A DNA stretch of 63,965 bases, filler included, from Reticulomyxa filosa (GCA_000512085.1; 23 parts of 23 records of this genome joined end to end with filler, not necessarily neighbours in it), one strand, 5' to 3'. Positions 24,340 to 38,189 are shown, numbered from the whole stretch's first letter. Notes: generated by a model from the sequence alone, not told the origin. Numbers and translations are program-made.

Positions 24340-24703
24340 GCAATTACGGATCTGCAAACTTATCAAAGTTCTCGTCACTAGTGTCAGTAAACTCAATCAA
24401 GTCATCGAGAAAAGTCACTAACACATTGGACGAATCTTTTGTCTGTTCTATCACTGGAATCACAATTTCTGCCACCCAAATATCGACTCATCGGAACCAT
24501 TTTTATCAAACGAAATCGAGTTAGTCAGTATACCTTCTTCTATCTTTTTCATTCTCCTTTGCTTTATCATCTTCTTTTTCTCCATTGGGCATATGTTCAA
24601 CACCATTTCTGCAATTGACCATGAAAATGGAGTGATCCGCCAGTTCCATTTTCGCCAGAAAGTTCTGGTATCTCGTTTCAGTTTCATCCGTATTTCTCGA
24701 CAT
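24340..24703 (-). pseudogene. Broken hypothetical coding segment
   Basis: Coding-like pieces (MSRNTDETE...; VIPVIEQTKDSSNVLVTFLDDLIEFTD) in different frames, interrupted by stops. Confidence 0.3.
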
Positions 24704-25629
24704 TTCTTTTACCGAAAAAAAAAGAACGTTTATGAAAGGGGAAAAAAAAACAATGTCAGAACTTTGGTCTTCTTTGCAAGAGGCTTACTTGCGCCACTTT
24801 CATTTGCAACTCTTAAACTGCGCTGTATCGCTGGTTTTCATTTTTTAGGCGTCAACTTTATTTTTATTCTATTATATCTCAATTCAAAGTATTTTTTTGA
24901 CAACACCAAAAAGATAACAGTAGTTTGTGATATCCAAATTATTGCTCCTTTAAACCAAATAAATCATGTGAATAAGTCAGAGAAGTAATTCAGTAGAATT
25001 TTTAATCAACAGTTGCAAATTTTAAATCTCCTGCTACTTCTCTGAGCAGGCAATGCATCATCACAAACAAATAAAGTATTGGAAATAATACTTTGTTTTG
25101 TATAAGTGAATGCATGAATAATTGGATTGATAGCAAATTTATTTAAAATACAGTTATGATATTGTTGAAATAGTGTGACATTTCGGCTGTTTTACTACTG
25201 TGAAAAAAGCGAAAGCTTTTTCTTTCTTTGGTCCCCGATTTCTGCAGTTGCTTTGTTTTTGTTTGGTTTGTATTAGCAGCTTATATTTATAGTCGGAAAG
25301 CATTTGCTTCAATTATTTTCTTTGCTTAAAGTTTGTAGTGAAAAACCAAGAGAAAAAAATTCTGGTAAGTGGTAAGACACGTAGGACCGCGAGAGTTTTT
25401 TTATTGTAAAAAAAAAAAAAAAGCGACGGCAAATTGCATTTTTCAATATACAGATTGAGAAAATTTAGTCTGTCAATCGATCAATTGAGCATACAATGAA
25501 CAAAATTTTATTAATCCAATTTCTTGGCCTTGCAATTGGTATTGTATTTTGACAGCAAAAACAAATTTTTTTTTTTTTTTTTTGTGACCTTAATGAACTC
25601 AAAAAAGAAAAGAAAAAAAAAAATGGATT

Positions 25630-26145
25630 GAAAAGGCTTGGCCCAGCAATTAACAGTTACACCAGGTGTGACAAAACCAGCAACAGGTTCACAATTAGAC
25701 CCAGATGGTGACTTATGGTGGGTAGACAAATATAATTCATTTTCGTTCCACAGTTTGATTGATATTTTCAGTGCACCTTGTGGCACCAGTTAACAGACTT
25801 GTATTTATTTGTTTTGGGCAAGAGAGGAGGAGGAAAAAAAAAAAGCGACCAACGGAAAATCGACAATTGTTTGTGAGGAACACTTACGTATGCGTGTGAA
25901 AGCGACAAAACAAGGGGGGGGGGATTTGTTTTTTTTTTTTTTTTTAAGTTTTGCAAGAGTTCATTTTTTTTAAATACATGTCCCCCCCCCCTCTTTTCAC
26001 AACGAAATCAACAGATACCACGGACACAAGATTTCGATACTTTAACAATGCCGGACAAGTATACGTTCGAATGACAAGCGATTGGATTTTTATGGAGTTT
26101 TGGTATCCTTATGTGGTGTGGTCCGGTTATGCAACAACAGGTGTG
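25630..26145 (+). CDS. Hypothetical multi-exon protein fragment
   Basis: Exon-like pieces GLAQQLTVTPGVTKPATGSQLDPDGDLW and DTTDTRFRYFNNAGQVYVRMTSDWIFMEFWYPYVVWSGYATT between homopolymer-rich intron-like gaps. Confidence 0.35.
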
Positions 26146-26178
26146 TGTATGTTCATAGAGCGTTATATGTTACTAAAT

Positions 26179-26209
<31 letters not shown>

Positions 26210-26321
26210 GGGGAAAAAAAANNNNNNNNNNNNNNNNNNNNNNNNNNNNNNNNNNNNNNNNNNNNTTAATTAATTAANNNNNNNNNNNNNNNNNNNNNNN
26301 NNNNNNNNNNNNNNNNNNNNN

Positions 26322-28894
26322 TTTTTTTTTTTTTTGTACATTAATTTTTTCATTTTTTTGTGCAAATACAAATATATATGCATATATTAAACCTAATCCA
26401 TTAATACGCTTGCATTGACTTAAATCTAGTCTAATATGTGGATCATCTATTACTAACCACTCTAAAGTGGATGAAATTTTAAGCACTCCAAAGCAGTTTT
26501 GCTCACTGATGTAATGTAGTACCAACAGGTTTGGACAAGAAAGTATCAAATTATTAAGAAATTCAATTTCGGAGACTGTCCCTAAAGAGTAGTCAAAAAC
26601 ACACGTTTCAGAAGCTTCGAGCATTTGTTTCCAATTGTGATATGGTTCTTCAGACAATCTTTCTACTTTGAGTGTTTTCAATTGTGGCATCAATCCTTTC
26701 ACATCAATAGACTTGGAGCAACTACTAATTTTGATGTTACTCAAATTTAAATGAACCAAATTTGGAAGTACTGGAAAAACTGTTATTTGATCAAATGCAT
26801 CACTTATTGTCAACGCTCGAATTGACTTATGTGCTTTATTTAACATTGAAATAAATAAATCTACTTGTTCTTTTGCATACTTCTATATATACATTATATA
26901 TATATATATTCTTTTAATTTAAATAGAAATAAAATAAAAATTAACAATTTTTTCTTTCCAAAACAAAATACTTTTAGAGAATAATGCGCTAAGTTGATTT
27001 TTTTCAATTGCGTCATCAGCATTCAACAAATCAATAATGTCCCACCCATTCCCGTCTTTGTTATTTGATTCTTGTTGCTCTTCATTTGTGAAATCAATGA
27101 ATTCGCCAAACACAATATATTGGACTGCATTGCTCATTGCTGATTGTCCTTCACGACAAATATATACAAATTCATCCCCCATTTGAACATCATTCCATGT
27201 ATACATATTAACAATTGAAATATTGCCATTGTCGTTGTCATTATCGTCACTGTCATTTAAAAACTCGGTCCAACTCCCATTACGATTACCCTTTTTTGGT
27301 GTTTCATTTTCATCTTTGTGTACAATACGTGTGATTTGTCCTCCATTTATTTCAATCTCAAATTTCGTAAAGCTACGTTGACCAAATTGAATTTTTTCAA
27401 AAGTGCCACATAAAGACTCCAACCATCCTCGTAAGTATAAAATGTGATTATAAAAATACTGTACTTGTACAATCAGATCATTGAAATATGTTCTATCATC
27501 TGTAGTTGTATCATCTATCTCAGTTTTTTTTTCTGTTTCTTTTGAAACAAGAATCCTGTTCAAAGCAAGTACGTACTCACGTAAATCTTTTCCCGAGCCT
27601 TTCCAGTCCTCTACTGTATATATGTCGCATGTAAAAAATATATTAACTTTTTATTTTTGTAATTGTCTTGAAAAAGAAAAAAAAACTGTTTTGAAAAGGG
27701 GATTGATAAGCTGATCGTTTAAATAGTGTGTGAGGTGATTGCTGATATGCTCGCACAGATAATCTTTCACCCATAATGGATAAGAAAGTTTTCAATTTCC
27801 TTTTTTCCAATGTATCATATTCGATACAAAAAATTGGGCGGTTAGAGATATAATCGCGGAAAATGTTTGCAGTAGTACATGAGCGTATAGAGTTCAAATT
27901 AGTCTCAATTGATTTCATTTGACGTTTTTGTGCGTGGTCTGACGTTTGTTCAAATTGTAAATCTTTTACAAATAAAGGCGAAGCATAGTAAATACGTCCG
28001 TGATTTTCTCCTGTCAATTCCTCGAAGTCTGATATGTTATATTTCTCAAACAGATTCTTTCCATTCTCAATGAACTTTTTCCAACCCAACACAAGACATC
28101 TCCAATTTGTATCCGAACTTGAGTCAAACACGGATCTATAAAATGATACTGGCTTTTGTGAAAGATACAATTGCAATATTCGAAATTGGATACCATCAAT
28201 ATGCCATTTACGAATACTAGGCCAAGGGAATTGACCCAATCTATCCACTGCATTCACATTATTATCTATTTTGCCATCAACACTTTCATCAGATATCCCT
28301 GGTGGTAATATTCCAATCATTACTTGTTTTGATTTATGTTTAATCCATAATTTCTTTGGTTTTCTTTGATATTCGACATTCTCTCTTGTTCTCTCTTGCT
28401 CGAAATCAAAAAATTTCAATGTGTACTTTTTTTTTTTTTAAAAAAGAAAATATTTGTACCTTTTTATTTCATTTTATTTTTTTTACCTTTTTAAATAAAC
28501 TAGGACTCGAAGAAAATATACGCCAAAATGATCTGGACAGACAATGTAAATTTTCAAAAGAATCACTATCCAAAAAAGAAACAATATATAATTGTATGGT
28601 CGTTGGCAAAATTTCATCAAATGAAATTGTATGCAAATACACGTCACGAATTTTGTTTTGTACTACAAAAAAGTCTGTATTGTTTTCGTTCTTCTGCCCC
28701 TTTTCTATTTCTACGTTCAATTTGTTCATAACAACTTCTTTCAGTTCTTCAATACTGAAGAGAACAAAAAATTTTGCTAGTTCTTGTAAATGTTGCGCTT
28801 TGTTGATTCGACGTAATATTTGCTTGTACATTTGAAAGAGCTGTGTTTTTTCAAAATTTACGTGAAAAGTGTTCATCTTTTCTCTTTTTTTCAT
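26322..28894 (-). CDS. F-box protein with C-terminal leucine-rich repeats, multi-exon, 3' partial
   Basis: F-box: ISFDEILPTTIQLYIVSFLDSDSFENLHCLSRSFWRI. LRRs: LPNLVHLNLSN, MPQLKTLKV, CPNLLVLHY. Four co-linear minus-strand ORFs; treating them as a single gene is inferred. Confidence 0.7.
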
Positions 28895-30462
28895 GAAGCT
28901 TATTCAAAGAGTTTTTTTTAACTAAACACTAAGTTCAAAAAAAAGGTCACAGCTGAACAAAATTTTTCAAACGATTAGCTTCTTTGAATTAAAAAGATGA
29001 TTTTTCCTCCAATCAATCAATATAAAACAAGCAGTAGCTCATACAACTTCTGGAGATAATGATACATCTTCAGAAATCAAAAACCATGCAATTACAGACC
29101 AAAATGCTCACTGTATACACAAGGTGTGCAAATGATATTGATCATTCAATATTTGATTATTATTAGTTCATTTGTCCTTCATCGCATGACAAAACCATTT
29201 GTGTTTGAGTTTCAAACATAATCCGATTACAAATATTTAGACACATATGCTGTTTTGGCATTGAATTTTCATCATTTAATTGCTGTAGAATTTGTATTCT
29301 GAACAAAACATTCGGTTATGTGATGCTCAAACACCGAATATTGCATACTCAACCAGTTCAAAGGAGGGAATATATAAGGTGTCTTTGTTTCCTTCGGAAC
29401 TATGACGTCCTCTCTTTTTTTGAGAGGCGAGTTTTTCTTTCTCTTCTCTGCTAAAAGCTCTTTTTTTCAGCAGACATTTCCAAAAAGCGATTTTTTTGTC
29501 TTTGTACACCTTTTTAGACAAAAACGAGCATATTTGAAATATTTTTTGGGAGTTTTTTGTACGTGTTAAATCTTGTTTTCCATATCTTATACATAAGGTA
29601 ATTCATAAAATGAAATTCTACAATATTTTCTCTGGACGTGTGTTCAGACGAAATAGATATCAATAAAAGTGAATTCCACTTAAAATTTTTTTTCATGTGA
29701 TAAACAAAACACGCTTTTGCTTGACTATAACAGCAAATCCATTAAAGAAATATTCCATATTGTATGATTTTAATTATTTTTATGTTATACAAACTAATTA
29801 TTGAGTGAAAGCGTTCGTACATGTCACCATATTTGTTGTAATTGTCTTTTGCATTCAATGTATGTTATTGTATGTGTAGCAAATTTATTTTTTGAATTTC
29901 ATTGATTCTCAGGTGAGTGAATACGCGTTCAAAAAAGCTCAAATTTTACATTTTTGTTTGGCTTATGCACGCAATCTCATTTACGAGCCCTTTCGTATTT
30001 TGCGGGCCCAAATATACTTGAGGCGTGTCCATCAACTCCTATTTTTATTTTCTTTTAAAATACTTTTTCTCATATTTGTTGGGGATACGTATCCAAAATG
30101 TACCTACATTTTTTCATTCACACCTCATATTGTACAATAACTCGTTAACAAAAAAGAAAAGCTTACCTCTTCAAGCGTCTTGTCTCCATATTTAAAAGAT
30201 TAATTTGGAAAGATTTTAAAAAATTTAGATTTCGTGGAACTGTACAAAAGATTGCAATGATTGAAAATTTAGATTGTAGAAGATTAATTGATACTAAAAT
30301 GTGAAAAAACTTGCACAAAGATGTGATCTAAGATATACATATTAATTGGATTTCCGTTGAAGATCATAGCCCAAAAGTTTTCCCTACGATAACAAGCATG
30401 AACGTCATTCAAAGAAAAAAAGAAAAAAAAATGAAAAATCTTTCGTACAAACAAATAAGAAA

Positions 30463-31436
30463 TTATTGGCTTTTCCTTGGAGCAAATATAATGTCATAAG
30501 CAGTGGTATCCTGACTTTCAATACAATACCATTCACCAGATTTAGATTTGCGAATATCGTCTCTAATTTCTTTTAGCATCTGATGTAAGGAATAGCCATT
30601 TTTGTACATTGCCGAGATAACTTTTTTCATGGACTTGCTTAGCAATGACAAGTCGATGACTTTGTGTCCGCTCGTGGTCGACCATATAAGCAAGAAACCA
30701 TCGTCATTGTGTCCATATGTTACTTGCTCTTGGATGCTCCCTCTGGTCGGAACTTCATAGGCTTTGGGAGCGCGCTCTCCACGACAAATATCGATGATAA
30801 ATATTTTGGGACAGTCTTTCAGCGATTCTCTTTTGTGGCAGTCAAAGTGTTGTCGAATAGTATTAATAGACATTGTATTCCCCTCACTGGTCACTATGCC
30901 ATTGTCGTTTCCATGACCGCACAAAATAACGATCAAAGCGTCGTATCGTTTTTCATTGTAATTAAGTTTTTGATCCACAACCAAAACATCCAGAAATTGA
31001 TCGACATCTTTTTTTGCATCTTCAACTTTTCGTTGCATACAAAATCGTATTTCAATTCCTTTTCAAACAAGCTTCGAAAATTCGCAATGTCTTGCGTTTT
31101 CACACTTTCGAGATTTGGCCACATCTTGTTATCCTCGTACTCACCGATGCCAATCATCGCCACTAATGCATTTTTAATCGTTCTGTTCTTTCTAGTGAGT
31201 ATCGGTTGAATTGGTGTCCAAATCACTTGGAAGGGCAACTCATTTTGTTCCAGTGCCTGCAAAACATCTGCATCTGTCTCCACCGCCTGTTTGTTTGCGC
31301 CCCTCACCACTTCCAATTTCTTCGTTTTCAAGTTTTCAAAGTCACTGTTTTCCAAACAATCATAGCACTGGCGCAGTAATTCCACAAATGTCAGCTCTCT
31401 CATTTTTACCGGTATTTTCTTGTTGTTAATTATCAA
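30463..31436 (-). CDS. Caspase-like (clan CD, C14) cysteine protease, one frameshift, 5' partial
   Basis: NALVAMIGIGEY; catalytic His in ILCGHG (30913-30915); catalytic Cys in PKIFIIDICRG (30784-30786); p10-like DGFLLIWSTTSGH. One extra A in the A7 run at 31009-31015 fuses the two ORFs. Confidence 0.85.
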
Positions 31437-34400
31437 ATCGACTGTTTTCTTTTTTTTTTTTTNNNNNNNNNNNNNNNNNNNNNNNNNNNNNNNNNNNNNN
31501 NNNNNNTTAATTAATTAANNNNNNNNNNNNNNNNNNNNNNNNNNNNNNNNNNNNNNNNNNNNATATCTATGGTGTTTCTGATATCTATTTATATCATACA
31601 TTATTGGAAATAATTAAAAATTATTTTTGATAACAATGTAATTTGGATTTATTAAAATTTCATTTGATAGAAAATTTAATGAATATTTGAGCTATTTTTT
31701 TTTATGGATCTCAACAAAGCAAAATTTGAATAAATAAATCAAACGTATTGCATCAACATCAAATTTATTTAAAGAAAATATTTTTTTTTTTTTTTTGGAG
31801 TCCCACATACATTAATGTTATAACCAAATTCTGATCAACTTTTATATAGACTCTTTTAAAAAAAAAGAAATTTAGAGTAATATTTTTTAATGATTTTTAA
31901 AGTAATAGAATAATTTATATATATTAACACATTTCCATTTTTTGGATCCTTTTGAATAATTCATTCAATATAATGGAGGATTTACTTCAACTGAAATTAT
32001 AGATAAATAAAAAAACTTGAGTTGATGATATAAATGTATTGTAATTTACTGATAATTTAATTTTCAAAATCCTTTCATTGATTTCATTTTAATTAAAAAA
32101 TATTTAAGTACATACATAATTACACATGGCTAAACTCTTATAGAATTGAGTTAAACTTCTTCACTTCTTGTTTTGTCTTTCTTTTTTACTTATTTGATTA
32201 ATTACTTTATTATATTTTACTTAAAGCCACTCTCAATTCGAGTAAAATCTTTTCCGTATTACATTTAGAGTAGCTATCTACAGTAAACATTCCATATGTT
32301 TCAAAAGAAAATAATTAAAATATTTATACTTTAAACATTGACAATAAAAAATTAATCAAAGGTCATTAATTGCCATTTGTTATGTATTTAGTAAAATTAT
32401 TAAAATACATACATACTCAGCATTCAACAGAATTATTTATCTGGCTATCAAAATTATCAAGTGAATGGAAGAATCCACAGTAGGTTAAACTTCCTCAATA
32501 AACCTACTTATCACTTTCTTTTTTTTATTTAAACTACTTTCGTTTTACGAAAACACCTCTCGTATTACAGTTACCCACATGCTAGAAAATGCTCTTTATA
32601 CATGTTTTTTGAATTAATTTCACAATCTATCTCTTCAAAAAAAAAAAAAGAGAAAAGATGCTATATTTTTTAAGCGTTCGAATAATATTACAAATCAAGT
32701 CAGCCATGATGATGAAATTATTGTATCAGTTTGTTGTGGCTATTGCCATCGGTTTATATTGGCATGTCCAAAGTAATAAATCTCCCCCGCAAGTTTATTA
32801 AGGATGATCACCTTGTTCGACTGAGACAGTTATTTGAAGAGCTAGAGATTTTCTCAGCAAGTTGGTCGAACTGAAAGGCATATTTTGCCGACTGAATAGC
32901 CTTTTTTTTTAAAAAAAAAAAAGCAAAAAGTGATTAGACCAATTTTTTGGTATCCTCATATATATCTGACATTTCAGTCCATCAATACAAAAATGTGTAT
33001 TTTCAAGCCGAGTAAATGTCGGCCGTCATGAGAATTGGAAAATTTTGCATTTGTGTAATCTTTTTTTAAGTATTGTATCAATTTAATTATAATGACTGAT
33101 CGGAATTCAGAGAATTGTTTTGAATTGAAAAATTTAAGGAAGCATGGTATGACAAACCTTACTTCAAATCCTTCCAACTGTCAATGATTTTGCTAATTCC
33201 AGGACAAGAAGTGTCTCCAAGAAAGTGGCGTTGAGGGAAACTTTATTGCATATCCTTAAGAACCATAACACAATGGAGTACCTCTATCCATTGACTCTGA
33301 TGTTATTGGGATATTTTGTGATTGTAGTGAAATGGTTCATGCCAGTTCGACTTTTCAATTGTTTTTTTTTATTTGCTTCAGATTACACATTCCACTACTT
33401 TCGTTTGACAACTAAAATATAACAAACGCATTTGTAAATAACAATACGACTGGTGCTGAATACAGATGGAATGAAATTCGTGCGAGAACCAGATAATATT
33501 GGACATGGTCATTGACCGATTTACAGAAAAGTTAATTTCAAAAGGTCTTGTCACTCGTGAGGAAGTTCGAGAGCTGAAGCAACCTGATACCAAAGACAAA
33601 AAAAAAAAAAAACAATGTCTATGAACTTGGATTATTGTTATTGGATAATTATATTAAATCATCTTATCCACATCATCACTTATAATTATTGTCTTTTGTT
33701 TGGACTTTACAAGAGAGATTGAAAGTGCAATTTATTAATCTACATAAAAGAAGAAGCACAATCAAAACTATCAACTTTTTTAACTTGACTTATCAAGTAA
33801 CAAAACAACTTTAAAAATTCATGAATCAAATTCGTCAATGCAAATTATCAACTTCATAATCTTTATTTTTTAAAATATTTATATAATTCCATATTGGCAA
33901 TCGCAATTATTCAAAATCATTGCAAAAGTATTCAATTTAAGAACACGAATTATATATATTTATTTATTTAAAAATACTTCACTAAATCTATTATCTAATT
34001 ATAATGCAATATTGAGTGAATATAATCATTAGATTAATTGATTAAAAAAATAACAATTTTCTTGATATTTCAAATTATTAATGATTTTTTGATTATAAAT
34101 TAATTTAAAAGAAATATGAAGAATTATAATTATATATGTTAATAATGTTATCTTTAATAAATATTTTATTTAGACTAAAAAAGGGTTTTTTTTTCTTTTT
34201 TTTGTTCAATTTGTTTGCTTTTTTCATCTCAAGACGTTGTTTGATTACATTTGTAATGTCAATGTCTTGTAATTTCGTTGTCCACTTCTTATTTTGGAAA
34301 AAAAGTGTGTCGGCTTAAATGTTCGTAAAGAACAAGCTGGCACACTCACATATATTTTTCTGTTTTTTATTTCCGTATTCGGCACCTCGATATCGAGGTC

Positions 34401-34453
34401 CGTGCGGCTTCTTTTTTTTTATATAAAAAATTTAAATGTGATATTGGTTATAT

Positions 34454-34599
34454 ATGGCCAGGATCAACGATCTTCAAAAATTAGAATAATTAAAGAAGGA
34501 CTTGCACAAATCGTGTGTGCAACAATCAAGTGATGGTGCCCCTGCAAAAATTGTACAAATTCGAACATTGCGTAAAAACATTGCTCGAATTTTGACAAT
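34454..34599 (+). pseudogene. RPL35: 60S ribosomal protein L35 (uL29) pseudogene fragment
   Basis: MARINDLQKLE*LKKDLHKSCVQQSSDGAPAKIVQIRTLRKNIARILT matches the RPL35 core (LK.EL..LRV.KVTGG..SKL.KI+..RK.IAR+LT). It has an in-frame TAA at 34487-34489 and a shortened N-terminus. Confidence 0.85.
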
Positions 34600-34829
34600 N
34601 NNNNNNNNNNNNNNNNNNNNNNNNNNNNNNNNNNNNNNNNNNNTTAATTAATTAANNNNNNNNNNNNNNNNNNNNNNNNNNNNNNNNNNNNNNNNNNNNT
34701 TTTTTTTTTTTTTTTTTTTTTTTATAAAAAAAAAAAAAGTGCACCCTGGAAAATGGAAATGAAAATAGTGAGAACACAAATGACGGATATGAAATCGTTC
34801 AACCGTACACACCAACTCCACAAAGTGAA

Positions 34830-35712
34830 TTGCTAAGGAAGGACGACGAATCGGTTCGCACGTGGGGGTTTGACGCGTCACCATTCGACATTAGCATTCG
34901 AGTGTCGTCGTCACCGTCGCCACCTCCACTGCCGCAATCGCAGCTGCAGTCGCAAACGAGCGGTGTTGATCCGACGGACAACCATGCGCTTGCCAACGCC
35001 ACCAGTGGTCATGGATCATCACTTGATCGTCGGCCCGACTGCAATCGACCTCCTCTACATGCTTGCACGTTCGACGCCCCGACGCTAATGCAATGCCATC
35101 CCTATTTTCGGAATGATGTTATTGTATACTCACCGGGTCCCATTGGCGTTGCCAGAGCCAATTCCAACAAATGCAAATACGAACAGCAACCACAACAGCA
35201 GCAGCAACCATTACAGAAAAGCAACATCACACCTATTCCACGTCGTCGTGCCATTTTAATTCAAAAAAAGAGTCAATTAGGTCGATTATTTGTAACTATT
35301 ATTTTAGTTTGATATATACATATATGGTACATATGTATATGATGAACAGAGAGAGAGAGGCAGCGGACAAATGCGAAGCAAAAAGAGCCCAAAGACAATG
35401 AAGAGCAGACAGCGTGCGACGCGACGACCAAGACCAAACGTGGTATTTTGAACCTTGTGAAAGAGATTCTTAGCAATAAGAAAAGCAACAAAGACAAACA
35501 CCCGAGTACCGAAAAGCAGTATAGCAAGACCACTCCTCCAAAATCGTGTCAGCCACTCCCAGTCTATGCTGGCCATGACAGCAACAGCAAGCACATTAAA
35601 AGTATGTTGCAAGTCGATAGCAAACAAAAGACAAATGCATTGCAAATGAACTTAAAAGACTTGAAAGATAACAACAATAGTAATAACAATAATAATAATA
35701 ATAATAATAATA
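34830..35712 (+). CDS. Hypothetical protein, internal exons
   Basis: Two coding-like + strand segments separated by a GT..AG gap with a TA repeat (~35281-35350). Confidence 0.45.
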
Positions 35713-35839
35713 NNNNNNNNNNNNNNNNNNNNNNNNNNNNNNNNNNNNNNNNNNNNTTAATTAATTAANNNNNNNNNNNNNNNNNNNNNNNNNNNNNNNN
35801 NNNNNNNNNNNNTTTTTTTTTTTTTTTTTTTTTTTTGGA

Positions 35840-36504
35840 CTAACGTTTTTTAAGGTTTGCAAGGACTGTACGTCAAATACGTAAATCAACACTGCGACAT
35901 TGCGGAAGATTGAATCGCGATGCGACTCAAAATAACTTTGCAAAAACTTGTCTTGTCTTTGTGATCATAAGGTGGTTATGATGGTAACAAACAAATCAAA
36001 ACTTTTAAAAGAAGTTAGCAAAACTTCAAAAAAAAAAAAAAAAAAAAGTCCCCCTCTTTGAGAAATTATAAACATTACCCTCCACAGTCCCAAAGGTCCA
36101 ATTGCAAATCCCCTAAAAATCTCAATGTCGAATGTGCGATTTTGACTATTGTTGTCGTTATTGCATGAAAAAATATACACACATACACAGTGTGTATGTT
36201 AGTTCAAAAAATCGTGCAAGTCAATTTTTAAGGAGTGAGAGTGAATGAGAGAGATGTTGGAAGGAGAAAAGAGAACTGGTTGGCCCCAATCTTTCCGTAT
36301 CTTTGGCCAAATAGTTCGCGAAAATAATACTCTTCATTGATGTTTTGCCTGCTCGAGCTTTGCCCATTAACAACACCTACAGTTTCAAACATGAACCGTT
36401 CCTTCTTTTTTTTCTTTCCGCTTGCAAGGAAATGGACGCTGATATGCCATGTACACAATCATATTTGTTACCTTATTATTCGCTGAATGTGTAGAAATAG
36501 CCAT
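35840..36504 (-). CDS. RRAGA: Rag A/B (Gtr1-like) small GTPase, 5' exons, 3' partial
   Basis: Exons read [11 protein letters not shown] / [33 protein letters not shown] / [21 protein letters not shown] / [32 protein letters not shown], the RagA G1, G2 and G3 motifs. Confidence 0.93.
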
Positions 36505-36969
36505 ATTAGATTGCAATGTTAAAATAAAATATTTCAAAGACAATGCGAGTTTTAAATAGAATGAACGTCTGGGTTACCACGTTGTTTCTACACTTTGTCA
36601 AGCTTCTGTTTTTCGCTTGGTATGTCGAGTTTTATTGCATCGCCACACTCAACCTTCTTAATTTTGTTTTGGAAACTCAAAAAAAAAAACAAACGTCAAA
36701 GAAAAACACAAAAAGTGCATAAATGCTTATTTTTTTAGTAATTTGACTGAGCCAAAGCTCTGTTGACGCGTTACCGTATGTTTTATGAATCAAAGTGCGA
36801 CTGTTGTTTGTGCCACTTTTTCACAGCCTTTAAAAGCGCAAGAGGAAAAAAAGAAAATTTTTGGACAAATTTTTTCCGGCTTGCTTGTGCGTTTTTTTTT
36901 TTTTTTAAGTAAAGTTTTTTTGAAAAGAAGCGAAAACGAGTTTTTGAAACAAGAATGTTTCGTCATTGT

Positions 36970-37595
36970 ATGGTGAGCGAAGATTTTCCGCTCAACCCAA
37001 GAGGTGCTGAATTGCAGTCTTATCGACGACGTGAGCGGAAGAAGGAACTGACGTTAGATGCATGGGTGCACTCCCAAGGATGGGGTGACGAAGACTCCAC
37101 AAACATTTTGACTGCACTAAAGAACGAAGGTATAGAAACTTGCAACGACATGTTGGAGTTGACAGAATCGGACCTCAAAGACATTGCAAAAGAAAGAAAT
37201 TTAAAGATTTTATGTAGGCGAAGATTGGTTACCTCAGTGTTAAAATATCAAAACGAACGACGACCCCAATCAAATGGCATCAAGCAAGTCCGAGCGACGA
37301 AGCACGTAAAGACAAATGATCTGCACCAACGATCCGCCACGTCAGCATCGGTGTCACATTCACTGCCATCGTCATCCTTCTTTTCTTCTCTTTCTTTTTC
37401 TTTCTCATCTCCTTCATCGGCATCGTCATCATCTTCATCTTCATCTTTATCAACAACTTCATCATCATCATCATCAACATTGTTATCATTATCATCCCCT
37501 TTTTTTTCATCTCCCCCTACACAACAACAGCAAACGAAAAAGACGAGTAACAATAACCGCAAAAATAAAAATAAAAATAAAAATAAAAATAAAAA
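36970..37595 (+). CDS. SAM-domain protein with Ser-rich tail, 3' partial
   Basis: LDAWVHSQGWG...LKNEGIETCNDMLELTESDLKDI...LKILCRRRLVTSV fits a SAM domain. Confidence 0.72.
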
Positions 37596-37695
37596 NNNNN
37601 NNNNNNNNNNNNNNNNNNNNNNNNNNNNNNNNNNNNNNNTTAATTAATTAANNNNNNNNNNNNNNNNNNNNNNNNNNNNNNNNNNNNNNNNNNNN

Positions 37696-38020
37696 CACTT
37701 ACATATTTCATCACCAATGTATGTCTTTTCATATATTTAGATCCACCAAAAGACAACAAAGTGATTTGATTGTTGTATTTGTCGTTGTTACTGTTGCTAT
37801 CTACCAGTTTCACTACACAGTGTCCACGTAACATGACATGACCTGGATACCTACAGATAAACTTGTATTCGTTTTTGAGGGTATGATAAGAATAACAAGC
37901 TCTTTGTTCAAAACCTCCACAAATGAGGATTTCGTGTTTGTGTAACACACATTGAGAATGAGAAAGTGGAGTGGGCAACTCCTTCAAAGTTTGAAAATGA
38001 GTTGTATTTCGATTACCCAT
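37696..38020 (-). CDS. Kelch-like beta-propeller protein, N-terminal part
   Basis: FQTLKELPTPLSHSQCVLHKHEILICGG...CYSYH...GHCVVKL...TLLSFGG shows Kelch-type GG motifs. Confidence 0.85.
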
Positions 38021-38189
38021 TTCGTTAATGTTGTTGAATTTTTTTAAGTTTTAAATTTTTTTAAAAAGGGGCGTGGTGTAACCCTTTTGAAAAAAACAAA
38101 TAAGTTGCTTTACGTGGCAATATGTAATACATAAAAACAACAAATTCAATGTTAAATTGATGCCTTTTTTGTTTTTTGTAAGGAAGACA

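Noticed and set aside
31563-34300. Genes in the very AT-rich contig
   Set aside because: Only short stop-interrupted fragments (e.g. a signal-peptide-like start at ~32706); no assignable product.
34487-34489. In-frame TAA in RPL35 as evidence of stop-codon reassignment
   Set aside because: TAA terminates well-supported genes here (DnaJ, HMGB-like, caspase-like, WD40), and the copy has other lesions.
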